Virus record (IMG/VR): IMGVR_UViG_3300045988_124424
Coordinates: 1-64,000 of that record
Direction: 5' to 3' (one strand)
Source of the DNA: a virus
DNA: 64,000 bases
Numbering within the stretch: the stretch's first letter is position 1; every line of letters begins with the position of its first letter. Shown here piece by piece: positions 8,356 through 17,694 of the stretch. The notes under the pieces were generated by a model that was not told where the DNA came from, ran no database searches, and saw only the letters and a program-made list of their open reading frames with translations. The position numbers and the translations under genes are program-made.

Positions 8356-9165
8356 ATGGAAGACGATCTTATTACAACAAAAGAAGTAGGCGATTATCGC
8401 ATTAAAGTGTATTATTGCCATGATTCAGAATGCCCTATAACTAATTGGGGTTTGTTTGGGTCATTCTTTTTTGAATACTCTGATATGCATCGATTGCATG
8501 ATGAATGCAATTGGAAAACTTTCTTCTACGATAACAAGCATGATCTTAGAGATGTTATTGATGCTATTGTAATGAAGCATATAGAACAGAAAGACATTGT
8601 AAAATATTTAAAGAAAGGGGAAGCGAATGGGATCTCATTCACATACAACAGAGGTGGCAATGTATGGGAGTTGAAGCATAAGACAAGTCCATATATAGGT
8701 CAAGAGTTTTTTCCAAGTGATTTGACGGACTTTGATTGCAGAGGAGAATTAATAGAGGATCTGGATGATGAAGACCTGTTAGATATCATATCCAAATATG
8801 GAAAAGATGTGGTAGCTATAGAGTGGTCAACAAGGGGTTATAGTCAAGGTGATTATATAAAAGGGATAGCATACGTTACAAAAGAAAAATATGATAATGA
8901 AGTCTGCAACAAAGAAGGAGACTGGAAAGAAGATTGTGCCAAGATTATAGATAATGAGGTAAAGTCCATAGGTATGTGGATGTGGGGAGATGTAAAGGGG
9001 TATGTGCTTGAAAAGAAAGTGAAATTTGTCAAGAAATACGAAGATGAATCCAGGGAGAATGAAGAGGGAGAAGAATGGGAAGAGGTTGATTCCTGTTGGG
9101 ATTGTTATATGGAAACAGACGAATTGATAGAAGAAATAATGGAAGAACATAACTTGAAAGAATAA
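8356..9165 (+). CDS. Hypothetical protein with an acidic C-terminus (269 aa).
   Basis: ORF. Confidence 0.6.
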   Translation: MEDDLITTKEVGDYRIKVYYCHDSECPITNWGLFGSFFFEYSDMHRLHDECNWKTFFYDNKHDLRDVIDAIVMKHIEQKDIVKYLKKGEANGISFTYNRGGNVWELKHKTSPYIGQEFFPSDLTDFDCRGELIEDLDDEDLLDIISKYGKDVVAIEWSTRGYSQGDYIKGIAYVTKEKYDNEVCNKEGDWKEDCAKIIDNEVKSIGMWMWGDVKGYVLEKKVKFVKKYEDESRENEEGEEWEEVDSCWDCYMETDELIEEIMEEHNLKE

Positions 9166-9169
9166 GGAG

Positions 9170-9352
9170 ATGGGGAGATCACGAGGGTGTATTATCAGAA
9201 AGAACACCAAAGAATTAAGAGAAAGCCTCATGTCATTAAGATATCGTTGGTTGGTGAAAGAAAAAGGAGCTAATTGCATAGTCACAAATCCAGAAATATT
9301 AAAATACATGGAATTGCGAGAAAAATCAGTAGAAGCATGGAAGGATGGATAG
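9170..9352 (+). CDS. Hypothetical protein (60 aa).
   Basis: SD GGAGATGGGGAG upstream. Confidence 0.4.
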   Translation: MGRSRGCIIRKNTKELRESLMSLRYRWLVKEKGANCIVTNPEILKYMELREKSVEAWKDG

Positions 9353-9537
9353 ATTGTGGAGCCAATGATGATATGTTTCTGGCTATAGCAGCATTAGCAA
9401 ATGATGCTTTTTTGAAAAAAGCAGAAGGTTATCCGGTAGATGTAGATTTGGAAGCACAAGGGTTTTACCGTTGTAATGACGCAGGAACACTTCCCGGAGA
9501 GTGTGCAGATTTTATTTTTCATAAGTGTAATGATTAA
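9337..9537 (+). CDS. Hypothetical protein (about 66 aa, internal ATG of ORF 9274-9537).
   Basis: ORF overlapping the previous stop by about 15 nt. Confidence 0.4.
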   Translation: MEGWIDCGANDDMFLAIAALANDAFLKKAEGYPVDVDLEAQGFYRCNDAGTLPGECADFIFHKCND

Positions 9538-9548
9538 ACTAAAATAAT

Positions 9549-10445
9549 ATGGAAACTACAAACAAACTGTTTTATTCAGGTACAAAATTCTTTACAGAAA
9601 ATGAAGAAGATTATAGAATAACAGTTAGAATCTCTTTGGATGATGACTGCAAAAATAACATATGCGACTGGAGCATAACAGCCGACGTTGACTGGAAAAA
9701 CAAGCATGGAAAATATGAGGATTACTTAGGAGGCTGCTGCCACGATGAAGTCGCAAAACATTTTCCGGAATTAGCGAAATTCATATCGTTGCATCTTTGT
9801 AACCATTATGGTGCTCCTATGTATCCGGTAGAAAATGGCATATATCACGTTAGAAGAAGCGGTATGTCTGTGGCAATGGAGTATTTGCGTATATCAGAGC
9901 AAGAATGCGCAGAATTATATAAAGCCTCTGAGGATGAGTTGTATTTCAAGTATATGCTTTTCAATCTGGGGATTGTGAATAGATGGAAACGTGAATCAGA
10001 AGAGCTTATTGCGGAACTTGAAAAAATGTGTGGAAAAAAGTGGGTTAATCCATATAAGCCGGAAGAAGAAAGATTTGTTTTAACACTAACAGACGAGGAA
10101 CGATCTCTTATTGAAGAGCGTATTAAAGCCGGGTATTACTCCTCAGAAAATATCGAAAAGCATATGGAAGAGGCTCATAAAGCAAAGATGGCGGCAAAGC
10201 GTGCTGAAATTTGTGAGCGATACGATAAGAAAATCAGACAAGCAGAAGCAGAAAAGAAGATAATGCTCTGTGTGTTTGATTATGGGTTGTCTACCGATAA
10301 CATCATATATTATCCTCATACGAACACTTTATCTTTCAACTGGAACGATTATGGAAGAAAAATCACACAGGAAGAGTTTGTTGATTTTGTGAATAACGTA
10401 GATCGCTCTCAGTTGCCGGAAGGTATTAAGTTTGAACTTAAATAA
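9549..10445 (+). CDS. Hypothetical protein (298 aa).
   Basis: ORF. Confidence 0.6.
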   Translation: METTNKLFYSGTKFFTENEEDYRITVRISLDDDCKNNICDWSITADVDWKNKHGKYEDYLGGCCHDEVAKHFPELAKFISLHLCNHYGAPMYPVENGIYHVRRSGMSVAMEYLRISEQECAELYKASEDELYFKYMLFNLGIVNRWKRESEELIAELEKMCGKKWVNPYKPEEERFVLTLTDEERSLIEERIKAGYYSSENIEKHMEEAHKAKMAAKRAEICERYDKKIRQAEAEKKIMLCVFDYGLSTDNIIYYPHTNTLSFNWNDYGRKITQEEFVDFVNNVDRSQLPEGIKFELK

Positions 10446-10746
10446 AATACAGGATATGGAAAGATTGAATTTTGAAACATTGTTTCGTATCGTAAGATGG
10501 GATTACAACCGTTGTTTCAAGGATGAGTCGTTAGACAAGGATTTGTTTATGGGAAAATACGGGAAAGTTATGGGTGAACATTATTATAACAAGTTTATCC
10601 ATGAATTTGACGGGAATATCCTGAAGATGATTGGTTACTTCAGAGGTTCCGAAAAAGAGGGGCAAGTCTTCTGCGATATGATAACCGAACGTATTGAAAA
10701 ATACGAAAAGAGAATGTCATATGATAAAGGTAAGTTAAACAATTAA
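10432..10746 (+). CDS. Hypothetical protein (104 aa).
   Basis: ORF. Confidence 0.5.
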   Translation: MNLNKIQDMERLNFETLFRIVRWDYNRCFKDESLDKDLFMGKYGKVMGEHYYNKFIHEFDGNILKMIGYFRGSEKEGQVFCDMITERIEKYEKRMSYDKGKLNN

Positions 10747-10758
10747 AAAGATACTTAT

Positions 10759-11466
10759 ATGAACAATTCAATGGTCGCTCACTTGTGGGCAAACGAAAAG
10801 CAAGAATCAGCGAATGGTAGTAACTTCTATTTTGAAGGAGAAAGTATTTACTCCTATGGAAGACATTTTGAGGTCGGAAGAATCGTGCGAAACAAGTGTG
10901 GGGAAAAGGCGTATTTGATTAATGACATATATTATTCTTCTTCTACAAGCAAACATCAATGTCGTGTTCGTGAAGCAATACCAACTGGCTCAAAGGTGTT
11001 CTATGTTGAATGTAATATATCATATTGTATCGGTAACATGCTCTTTGTTACCAATATGTTGGAATATATTAAAGATGCTATTGAAAAATACAAGAAAGCC
11101 AGAACCGAATTGTCTTATCGGGATGTTTGGGGAGCTTTTAAAAATATGATGGATTACATTGAGTTCTTCGATATGGGGACTTCCCAGCGTCTTCTTAAAA
11201 AGAGCGCAAACGAATGGCTTGGAACTAACCATGAATTATCACAGAAATCAGATAAGATTAAACGTGAACATGTCTGTGAGTTGAAACGTATTTTCCAGAT
11301 ATTGTTGAATCATAAAGCACTGGAAGTCCTTGGAACCGTTAATGTGATTGTAGATGAAGTTTGTGGTGAAGGAACTTATTTGAAATATCGGGAAAGAGTT
11401 GAAAAATATAGAATAAATATAGAAACAAAACAGAAAAAAAACGAAGGGCAAGGGAAGAAGAATTAG
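10759..11466 (+). CDS. Hypothetical protein (235 aa).
   Basis: ORF. Confidence 0.6.
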   Translation: MNNSMVAHLWANEKQESANGSNFYFEGESIYSYGRHFEVGRIVRNKCGEKAYLINDIYYSSSTSKHQCRVREAIPTGSKVFYVECNISYCIGNMLFVTNMLEYIKDAIEKYKKARTELSYRDVWGAFKNMMDYIEFFDMGTSQRLLKKSANEWLGTNHELSQKSDKIKREHVCELKRIFQILLNHKALEVLGTVNVIVDEVCGEGTYLKYRERVEKYRINIETKQKKNEGQGKKN

Positions 11467-11528
11467 ATAAATTTCGTAAGGATTTTTATGAAAGATTAGA
11501 AAAATGGAAGTCGGGAGAACTTAATTTC

Positions 11529-11822
11529 TTGCATTCATATTATTTTATTGATTGTGCTGACGTAAATGCTTGGATGCGTATAAAAGGAGGAATTATTGAA
11601 ACGAGCAAACAAATAAAAATCGGGATAGAAGAAGCCAGAAGGATGTGGCAGGTGGTGTCGCTGTTGCACCGGGGAGGCCAGTTCCGGCATGGCCTGGTAG
11701 AGGACGTGGGTGGCAATAAGTGGAGCATAAACCGGTATGAAAACGATATACTGACAGCCGGATGTCATCGTATTGCGTATAGTGAGATGGAAAGTATTGC
11801 AAAGCAACTGGGATGGGCGTAA
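11529..11822 (+). CDS. Hypothetical protein (97 aa) containing a local GC-rich patch.
   Basis: ORF. Confidence 0.45.
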   Translation: MHSYYFIDCADVNAWMRIKGGIIETSKQIKIGIEEARRMWQVVSLLHRGGQFRHGLVEDVGGNKWSINRYENDILTAGCHRIAYSEMESIAKQLGWA

Positions 11823-11863
11823 GTAACCCATCTTATTTTATAACAACTAAAAACAAGAAAAAT

Positions 11864-12082
11864 ATGGAAAATGCAATTATTGTTCCGTTTGATTTAGAAA
11901 CGGCGAAAAAAATAAACATAGGGGAAAGAGTAGGTCAGATTGTGACAGAGAAAGGACGAAATAGAGCAGAAATAGTATATGAAGACGACTATATGATTCG
12001 ATTGAGTAAAACAAAGTTAGAGAAGAAAAATATGAAATTAAATAACATCCGTATGTTTTATAACATAGCCAGTATAAAATGA
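11864..12082 (+). CDS. Hypothetical protein (about 72 aa, starts MENAIIV).
   Basis: Internal ATG of ORF 11813-12082. Confidence 0.45.
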   Translation: MENAIIVPFDLETAKKINIGERVGQIVTEKGRNRAEIVYEDDYMIRLSKTKLEKKNMKLNNIRMFYNIASIK

Positions 12083-12876
12083 TATATAAAGTAAAAATAA
12101 AAGACAATACAAAAACTCCTTTTGAATATGCTTCTGACATAGAAGCGTTTGAAAATAGTAGAGAATTTATTTTCAAGCCAGGAGTGAATGTGATTGTAGG
12201 TAAAAACGGTAGTGGAAAATCAACTTTGCTTAACATCATATCAATGTATGCGTTATGTGAGAAATCCATGTGCTCTGAAATACCGATCGAGGCACTGGAT
12301 TTTCCACCTATATTTGATGATGATGACAAGGTTCTTGATGGGATTGACATATCATCCGATTATGCAGGGAAAGTATTCCGTTTATTGCCATCGGCGGAGA
12401 TGAATCGAGATAGTGTATTGAAAAACATCAGCAACTTAGATTTGTATGTGAATAATATTAGAAGATCTTATGGAGAGAAAGTGGTGTTATCATTGGAATC
12501 ACTTTTCAATTTAATGTTCGGTCAAAAGGATTATACGTTTCCAATACAAGATCTTGTAGAATACAAGAAAAAATCAAATGCGTTTTGGATTAAAAGGATT
12601 GATAATCTGTTGAAGTATTATAAAAGAAACCGCATAACATTAGCAGAAAGCAGTTTTGAATACACGGTTCTCATGGATGAGCCAGACAGGAATCTTGACA
12701 TTGACAATATAATGCAAATTTATAATGTATTATCATTCCATAAACCACAAACACAAATTATAGCCATAATACACAATCCGGCATTGATTTACAAATTAAG
12801 CAAATTAGATTGTGTGAATTTCATAGAGATGACAGAAGGATATCTTAGTAAAACTTGTATATTTATGTCCAATTAA
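12079..12876 (+). CDS. ABC-type / AAA ATPase (265 aa).
   Basis: Walker A VIVGKNGSGKSTLLNIIS near the N-terminus. Walker B-like VLMDEPDRNLD. Confidence 0.65.
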   Translation: MIYKVKIKDNTKTPFEYASDIEAFENSREFIFKPGVNVIVGKNGSGKSTLLNIISMYALCEKSMCSEIPIEALDFPPIFDDDDKVLDGIDISSDYAGKVFRLLPSAEMNRDSVLKNISNLDLYVNNIRRSYGEKVVLSLESLFNLMFGQKDYTFPIQDLVEYKKKSNAFWIKRIDNLLKYYKRNRITLAESSFEYTVLMDEPDRNLDIDNIMQIYNVLSFHKPQTQIIAIIHNPALIYKLSKLDCVNFIEMTEGYLSKTCIFMSN

Positions 12877-12888
12877 ATATTTTCAACA

Positions 12889-13272
12889 ATGAGCTATTTT
12901 GTATTAATGGGGAGAAGAATCCCAAAGCAGGCTATAACAGGCTTTAAGTTCCAAAATGAAACAGATAATATTTGTCCTTTCCTGTCAATCAGGATAAGAG
13001 GGAAGGAGGAAATTATACCTTTCAAAGATAAAAAGGAGATACAGTCTGTAAAAGCGCATCTGTGTTCTGTCTTCTCCGGATTTGTGAAAATAGGCGACTG
13101 GTATCTCAAGATGTCGGAAATCAAGGAATATAAACCGGTAACTGCCGAGGATATGAATCCCTACATTTTATTCAAAACATCTAAGTTTGGGAACATAAAA
13201 GTTCGTTTCCCAAAAGATGAAGATATGAATGCGGAATTATTGGTATTGGATCAACTTTTTGATGTGGAATGA
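12889..13272 (+). CDS. Hypothetical protein (127 aa).
   Basis: ORF. Confidence 0.5.
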   Translation: MSYFVLMGRRIPKQAITGFKFQNETDNICPFLSIRIRGKEEIIPFKDKKEIQSVKAHLCSVFSGFVKIGDWYLKMSEIKEYKPVTAEDMNPYILFKTSKFGNIKVRFPKDEDMNAELLVLDQLFDVE

Positions 13273-13301
13273 ATTAGTAATCACCTTTTATAAATCAAGC
13301 T

Positions 13302-13553
13302 ATGACCTGGAAAGAATTGAAAGACAAAATATCTCTTATGACAGAAGAAGAGCAACAGCAAGAAGTTGCAGTTTGGGGAGAATATCTGAATTTGATGAAA
13401 GATTGCTCCTTGGAGAAAACAAATGAGAATATGTACTACAACTCTGAATGGGATTATACTCGTGAAGAGAGCGAATTGGAACCGGAAGACAAGAATGACC
13501 CTGATGTACATAAGGTATATGAAGCAGGAATGTATTATATTTATTCGAATTGA
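13302..13553 (+). CDS. Hypothetical acidic protein (83 aa).
   Basis: ORF. Confidence 0.45.
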   Translation: MTWKELKDKISLMTEEEQQQEVAVWGEYLNLMKDCSLEKTNENMYYNSEWDYTREESELEPEDKNDPDVHKVYEAGMYYIYSN

Positions 13554-13571
13554 TTTTAAAAAGATCTGATT

Positions 13572-14318
13572 ATGGCAGCATTAACAACACTAAATATAAC
13601 GGAAAAGAACGCTAATAACAGTTTGTCCGTAACTGTTAAAGTGAATGTCACCAAAGAAGGAGTGTTTACCACTACATTGTCAAAAGAAGATGTGGATAAG
13701 ATTCATTCTTATAGGATCAAATTACCTACAAACAGATTAGGCAACGAAGGATATTTCAATAGTATAGCACTTTCTGATTTGGAAAGTCAAATCAGGGAAG
13801 TTCTGAAGAGATGTTTAAGTTATAAAATAGTAGAAGAAGTGCCTGTTATTAAGTATCAACTGGAAACGAATTGCACGTTTTCCTATGACAAAAACGGAAA
13901 TATTGTCCCTAACCCCTCTAAGGAATGGACAGGAGGCGATGAAAATGGAAAATGGAGAGATGGAACTTCCCGTTTAGATGCCTTAAACACCCAACCTTTC
14001 GGTTTTAGTGTTTATGCAAAACCATTTCTAAAAAGAGTAATTGAATATGGAAATGGAGAGACAAAAGTAGAATACGGCAGGTTAAATACAGAAAAAGGAA
14101 CTTATGCGCACTGGCTGAATTGTGTAACGAGCATATCATACAATAGACATAAACAGGTAATGGAAGTGGAGTGTAACGAATGTACCTCGAAATTATTCGT
14201 TGATATGATCAAGTCCATTTGTAATATAAGCGAACAAGTTAAGAGTTTTGTCAATCCAGAACAAATAAAAGCAATTGCGGAGTCAAATGAACCGATTTTG
14301 CTTTTATCTAACAACTAA
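13572..14318 (+). CDS. Hypothetical protein (248 aa).
   Basis: ORF. Confidence 0.6.
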   Translation: MAALTTLNITEKNANNSLSVTVKVNVTKEGVFTTTLSKEDVDKIHSYRIKLPTNRLGNEGYFNSIALSDLESQIREVLKRCLSYKIVEEVPVIKYQLETNCTFSYDKNGNIVPNPSKEWTGGDENGKWRDGTSRLDALNTQPFGFSVYAKPFLKRVIEYGNGETKVEYGRLNTEKGTYAHWLNCVTSISYNRHKQVMEVECNECTSKLFVDMIKSICNISEQVKSFVNPEQIKAIAESNEPILLLSNN

Positions 14319-14471
14319 AAAATCATGAGGTATGTATGTGTTTTTATCTGCTTTCTGTTATGGCTTATTTTTACATTGTTATTATCATCAACTGTCATAG
14401 GATTGGTTATAAGCGTGAGTGATGAATGGCAGGAAATGGGTGACAAAATAATAGATAAACTTTAATAAAAT

Positions 14472-14717
14472 ATGAATAAGAATATAATCAACAACGCTCA
14501 ACTTTTAGAGATTAAAACTAAGATTAGACAACTTGGAGCAATGATGAATGCATATCAATGCAGGTTTGTGGTTTCTTCGGGTCAATTGTTTTTTGTGGAT
14601 GATGAATATGCTGGAACGGTTAAACTGACTAATCTTGATAATGGAGAATCTAACATATCATTCCCTTCATGTGACGATGGATTGATAATCAATCCAGCCG
14701 ATAAGCATATTAAATAA
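14472..14717 (+). CDS. Hypothetical protein (81 aa).
   Basis: ORF. Confidence 0.45.
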   Translation: MNKNIINNAQLLEIKTKIRQLGAMMNAYQCRFVVSSGQLFFVDDEYAGTVKLTNLDNGESNISFPSCDDGLIINPADKHIK

Positions 14718-14761
14718 TTTCAAAACTAAAAATATTTAAATTAATTAAACAATAATAAGAC

Positions 14762-15028
14762 ATGAAACAAGATATAGAATTTGCTGTTCCTCTTTTTAAA
14801 GCTGGTGCAGAATGGCGCATTAACAGCGTGTGGCATTCTATAACAGTAATTCCAGATTGCCACCGTTTTATTGTGTTTCTCCCTAAGAAATCAACAATAG
14901 GATCAAAGAATCCAATTATGGGTATATTGGAAGAGAACAGAACTTTTATATCCAGCCGTCCAGGATGTATTTTATGCAGATTAGATGAAATGGAATCATG
15001 GGCTTATTTGGATGATCTATTACCTTAG
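14762..15028 (+). CDS. Hypothetical protein (88 aa).
   Basis: ORF. Confidence 0.45.
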   Translation: MKQDIEFAVPLFKAGAEWRINSVWHSITVIPDCHRFIVFLPKKSTIGSKNPIMGILEENRTFISSRPGCILCRLDEMESWAYLDDLLP

Positions 15029-15102
15029 GTAATTATATACTCAATTTTAAAAGTTAGAATTATGAAAAAAAAGATTTAACAGACAAAGAAAAAGAGGAAA
15101 GA

Positions 15103-15312
15103 ATGAATTACCTTACCATTCATAAATGTAAAAACGAGGATGAACGTAAAGAGTTAAAAGAATTATGTGATTGGTATTTTAAGGATACTCCTACATTAAC
15201 TATGTCTTTTTCTTTAACAGAAGAAGATTTTCGGGTAACAATGGAAAGGGACGTGGAGTTGTCGGAGGTAGCCAGAGCGGTAAAGAATCAACACCATAAG
15301 AAGAAAATTTGA
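15103..15312 (+). CDS. Hypothetical protein (69 aa).
   Basis: SD-like GAGGAAAG upstream. Confidence 0.45.
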   Translation: MNYLTIHKCKNEDERKELKELCDWYFKDTPTLTMSFSLTEEDFRVTMERDVELSEVARAVKNQHHKKKI

Positions 15313-15318
15313 AAGGTT

Positions 15319-15522
15319 ATGACCGACAGAGAACTTCTTGAAGAAAACAATAAGATGTTAAAGGAAATTCTAAGTTTTGTGAGAAAAGTTAATTCTGCTG
15401 AATACAGGGATCATCAAGACTTTATGGAATTTCTTAGAAATGTGGCAGCCGATATATGGGTAGAATATACGGAGCCTGAACAAAGAGGTAGATTGTTTAA
15501 TTTAATAAATAAAAAGAAATGA
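15319..15522 (+). CDS. Hypothetical protein (67 aa).
   Basis: ORF. Confidence 0.45.
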   Translation: MTDRELLEENNKMLKEILSFVRKVNSAEYRDHQDFMEFLRNVAADIWVEYTEPEQRGRLFNLINKKK

Positions 15523-16184
15523 AAACAGTTTTTGATTTAAGCAGAGATGAGATTGTGGCATTGACAGACGAAGAGATAAGTCTGTATATAGACAAAGAGC
15601 TTGCTGGTAAAGGTATTCCAATTGAAGCTAAAAACTGGAATATAAAGAACGAAAAAGAAGTCGTGTATCCAAGAACTGGAGTTCCAGTATTTATGTTAAA
15701 AGATATCGGCATCGGTTTTAGAACCGTAGAAGGTGCAACTGAGGTGGCTAATTTGCTTGTTAAATATAATGCATTTAAAATAGAATCAAGGTTTCTGACA
15801 GGATCGTATGAACAGTTTTGGATCATAAAAGAAAGTGTTTGCCCGGCTATTAAAGGGGAAGCGGGGTATAACAAAGAAGAGTTTGATAAGGTAAACAAGG
15901 AAAGCAAAGATCCAGAATTGGAAAGTATAAATTCCTTCAATGATACTGTGAAAAAAGCCAATGAAATTAAAGACAGGGTGTTGAAATACGTGTACAACAT
16001 AAAACAAGAGCGTTCATATAACAATGACCTGGTTGGTATCTTTGAAAGGTATAAAGATATAGCAGACGGTGATATGGAGGTAGCTATGAATTTTATTAAG
16101 GAGGCCTATCCATTCAATGAAGAAACAGAATCGTTTATCAGGAAAAAGTTTGACATGCCTATGCCGGACGAATCAAAAGAGTAG
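15519..16184 (+). CDS. Hypothetical protein (221 aa).
   Basis: ORF with ATGA overlap. Confidence 0.6.
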   Translation: MKTVFDLSRDEIVALTDEEISLYIDKELAGKGIPIEAKNWNIKNEKEVVYPRTGVPVFMLKDIGIGFRTVEGATEVANLLVKYNAFKIESRFLTGSYEQFWIIKESVCPAIKGEAGYNKEEFDKVNKESKDPELESINSFNDTVKKANEIKDRVLKYVYNIKQERSYNNDLVGIFERYKDIADGDMEVAMNFIKEAYPFNEETESFIRKKFDMPMPDESKE

Positions 16185-16261
16185 TAATTAGGCTAAATTA
16201 AATCATTTTGAATTTTTTTTTATTATCAAAAGACATATCTTTGTCCAAAAAAACAAACAGA

Positions 16262-16516
16262 ATGGAAGAAAAAGAGATAAAAGAAGCTATGATTGAAGCC
16301 CTGACGCACTTAGAGGGGTGTAAGTATTTCGTAGCCACGATAGTAAATGAAGAGGAAAGAAGATTTGATATGAGCCTAAGAATGTCACAGCATCAATTGG
16401 CGTTAATTATAAAAGGCATCTTATCTAATAATGAGATGATGATGATGGATGTTTTGCAGTGGTGTTCTGAAAGATTTAAAAATAGTATAGAGAAAGGAAA
16501 GAAATCAACTAATTAA
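16262..16516 (+). CDS. Hypothetical protein (about 84 aa).
   Basis: Internal ATG (MEEKEIKE) of ORF 16208-16516. Confidence 0.45.
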   Translation: MEEKEIKEAMIEALTHLEGCKYFVATIVNEEERRFDMSLRMSQHQLALIIKGILSNNEMMMMDVLQWCSERFKNSIEKGKKSTN

Positions 16517-16527
16517 ATATTAATACA

Positions 16528-16998
16528 ATGAATCGCTGGTTTGAAATTACGGTAAAAGCCGAGATTGATAATATCGAGAACGGCAAAAAAAAGAAAGTAA
16601 CTGAAAAGTATTTGGTAGATGCCTTGTCTTATACAGAGGCAGAATCAAGATCTTTAGAGATTTTCAAGGATTTATTTCAAGTGTTCGACATTATTAAAAT
16701 AAATCCTATTAAAGTGTCGGAAATCTTCTTCAACGGAGAAGCTGAGTACTGGTATAAGTGTAAGGTAAATTACATTACACTGGATGAAAAGAAAGGTAAA
16801 GAAAAGAAAACTCCATGCTATATGTATGTCCAGGCCGGCAATCCTAAGGATGCCGAAGCTGTGTTGACTAAAGGTATGCAGGGCACGTTAGGAGACTGGA
16901 ATTGCGAAGCTATTGCTGAAACGAAGATCATTGACGTATTCAAATACGATCTTCAGAAGGGAGCTGAAAAATTAGGCGAGAAGAAGAGTGAAGAGTAA
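16528..16998 (+). CDS. Hypothetical protein (156 aa).
   Basis: ORF. Confidence 0.55.
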   Translation: MNRWFEITVKAEIDNIENGKKKKVTEKYLVDALSYTEAESRSLEIFKDLFQVFDIIKINPIKVSEIFFNGEAEYWYKCKVNYITLDEKKGKEKKTPCYMYVQAGNPKDAEAVLTKGMQGTLGDWNCEAIAETKIIDVFKYDLQKGAEKLGEKKSEE

Positions 16999-17227
16999 GG
17001 CTGATGTAGTTTCCAACATAGCGCTTGTTGTGGCGATAATATCATTGCTTTCAGCAGGCGCTTTCCTTCTGATAGTGATTAAGACAGACGAGGTATCTAA
17101 ATTATTAATGAACGTACCTTATCTACTGGCTTCAGCGGGATTGTTCTTTTCAATAATATCATTATTATTCGAATGGAAAGCAAGGAAAAGAAGCTATACG
17201 TCTGCGAACGATGCGGACGAAAAGTGA
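16988..17227 (+). CDS. Small membrane protein (79 aa, two predicted TM helices).
   Basis: Hydrophobic stretches VVSNIALVVAIISLLSAGAFLLIVI and LLASAGLFFSIISLLF. Confidence 0.5.
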   Translation: MKSKADVVSNIALVVAIISLLSAGAFLLIVIKTDEVSKLLMNVPYLLASAGLFFSIISLLFEWKARKRSYTSANDADEK

Positions 17228-17694
17228 TGATAAGAAGTCGCGGCTTATGCCAGGCTTGCAGGAGCAAAGAGTTGACTCCGAAGAAAAAAAACAGAATTAC
17301 ATCCATTAAAAACAGCAGCAAGAAGAAAAAGTTAGAGAGCCCGGATTTATCCGGGTTTTTTTGTCTTATGCTGGAAGAGCTGAATAGTATTCGGATGTCT
17401 ATGACTGGTAGGGCTATCCATTTTCCTACAGTATGTAACGTATGTCACATACTTCCAAAAAGGATATATAAGTCGGTTGCCACTTGCAGAGATAATATAG
17501 TTTTCCTTCATGAATCGGAGCATACGGTATTCGACATGTATCTTGACCGGATGGAATTTGATAAACTTGAAACAGAATTTCCTTTTGTATGGAAGTATGC
17601 GGTAAAGAAGGTATTGGATATGGAAAGCAGGGGAATGATTAAAGAAAGAGGTAGGTTGATTATTGAAATAATTGACAGGTATAACCCCAAATAG
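17173..17694 (+). CDS. Zinc-finger / HNH-like endonuclease candidate (173 aa).
   Basis: N-terminal CxxC...CxxC. Central CNVCH...DN...LHESEH could be an H-N-H arrangement. The last about 6 codons (DRYNPK*) lie inside the repeat family and are duplicated at 27.73 kb. Confidence 0.45.
   Translation: MESKEKKLYVCERCGRKVMIRSRGLCQACRSKELTPKKKNRITSIKNSSKKKKLESPDLSGFFCLMLEELNSIRMSMTGRAIHFPTVCNVCHILPKRIYKSVATCRDNIVFLHESEHTVFDMYLDRMEFDKLETEFPFVWKYAVKKVLDMESRGMIKERGRLIIEIIDRYNPK

Noticed and set aside
9170-9537. Programmed frameshift joining ORFs 9170-9352 and 9274-9537
   Set aside because: An internal ATG at 9337 gives an ordinary 15-nt overlapping gene pair. No slippery site is present.
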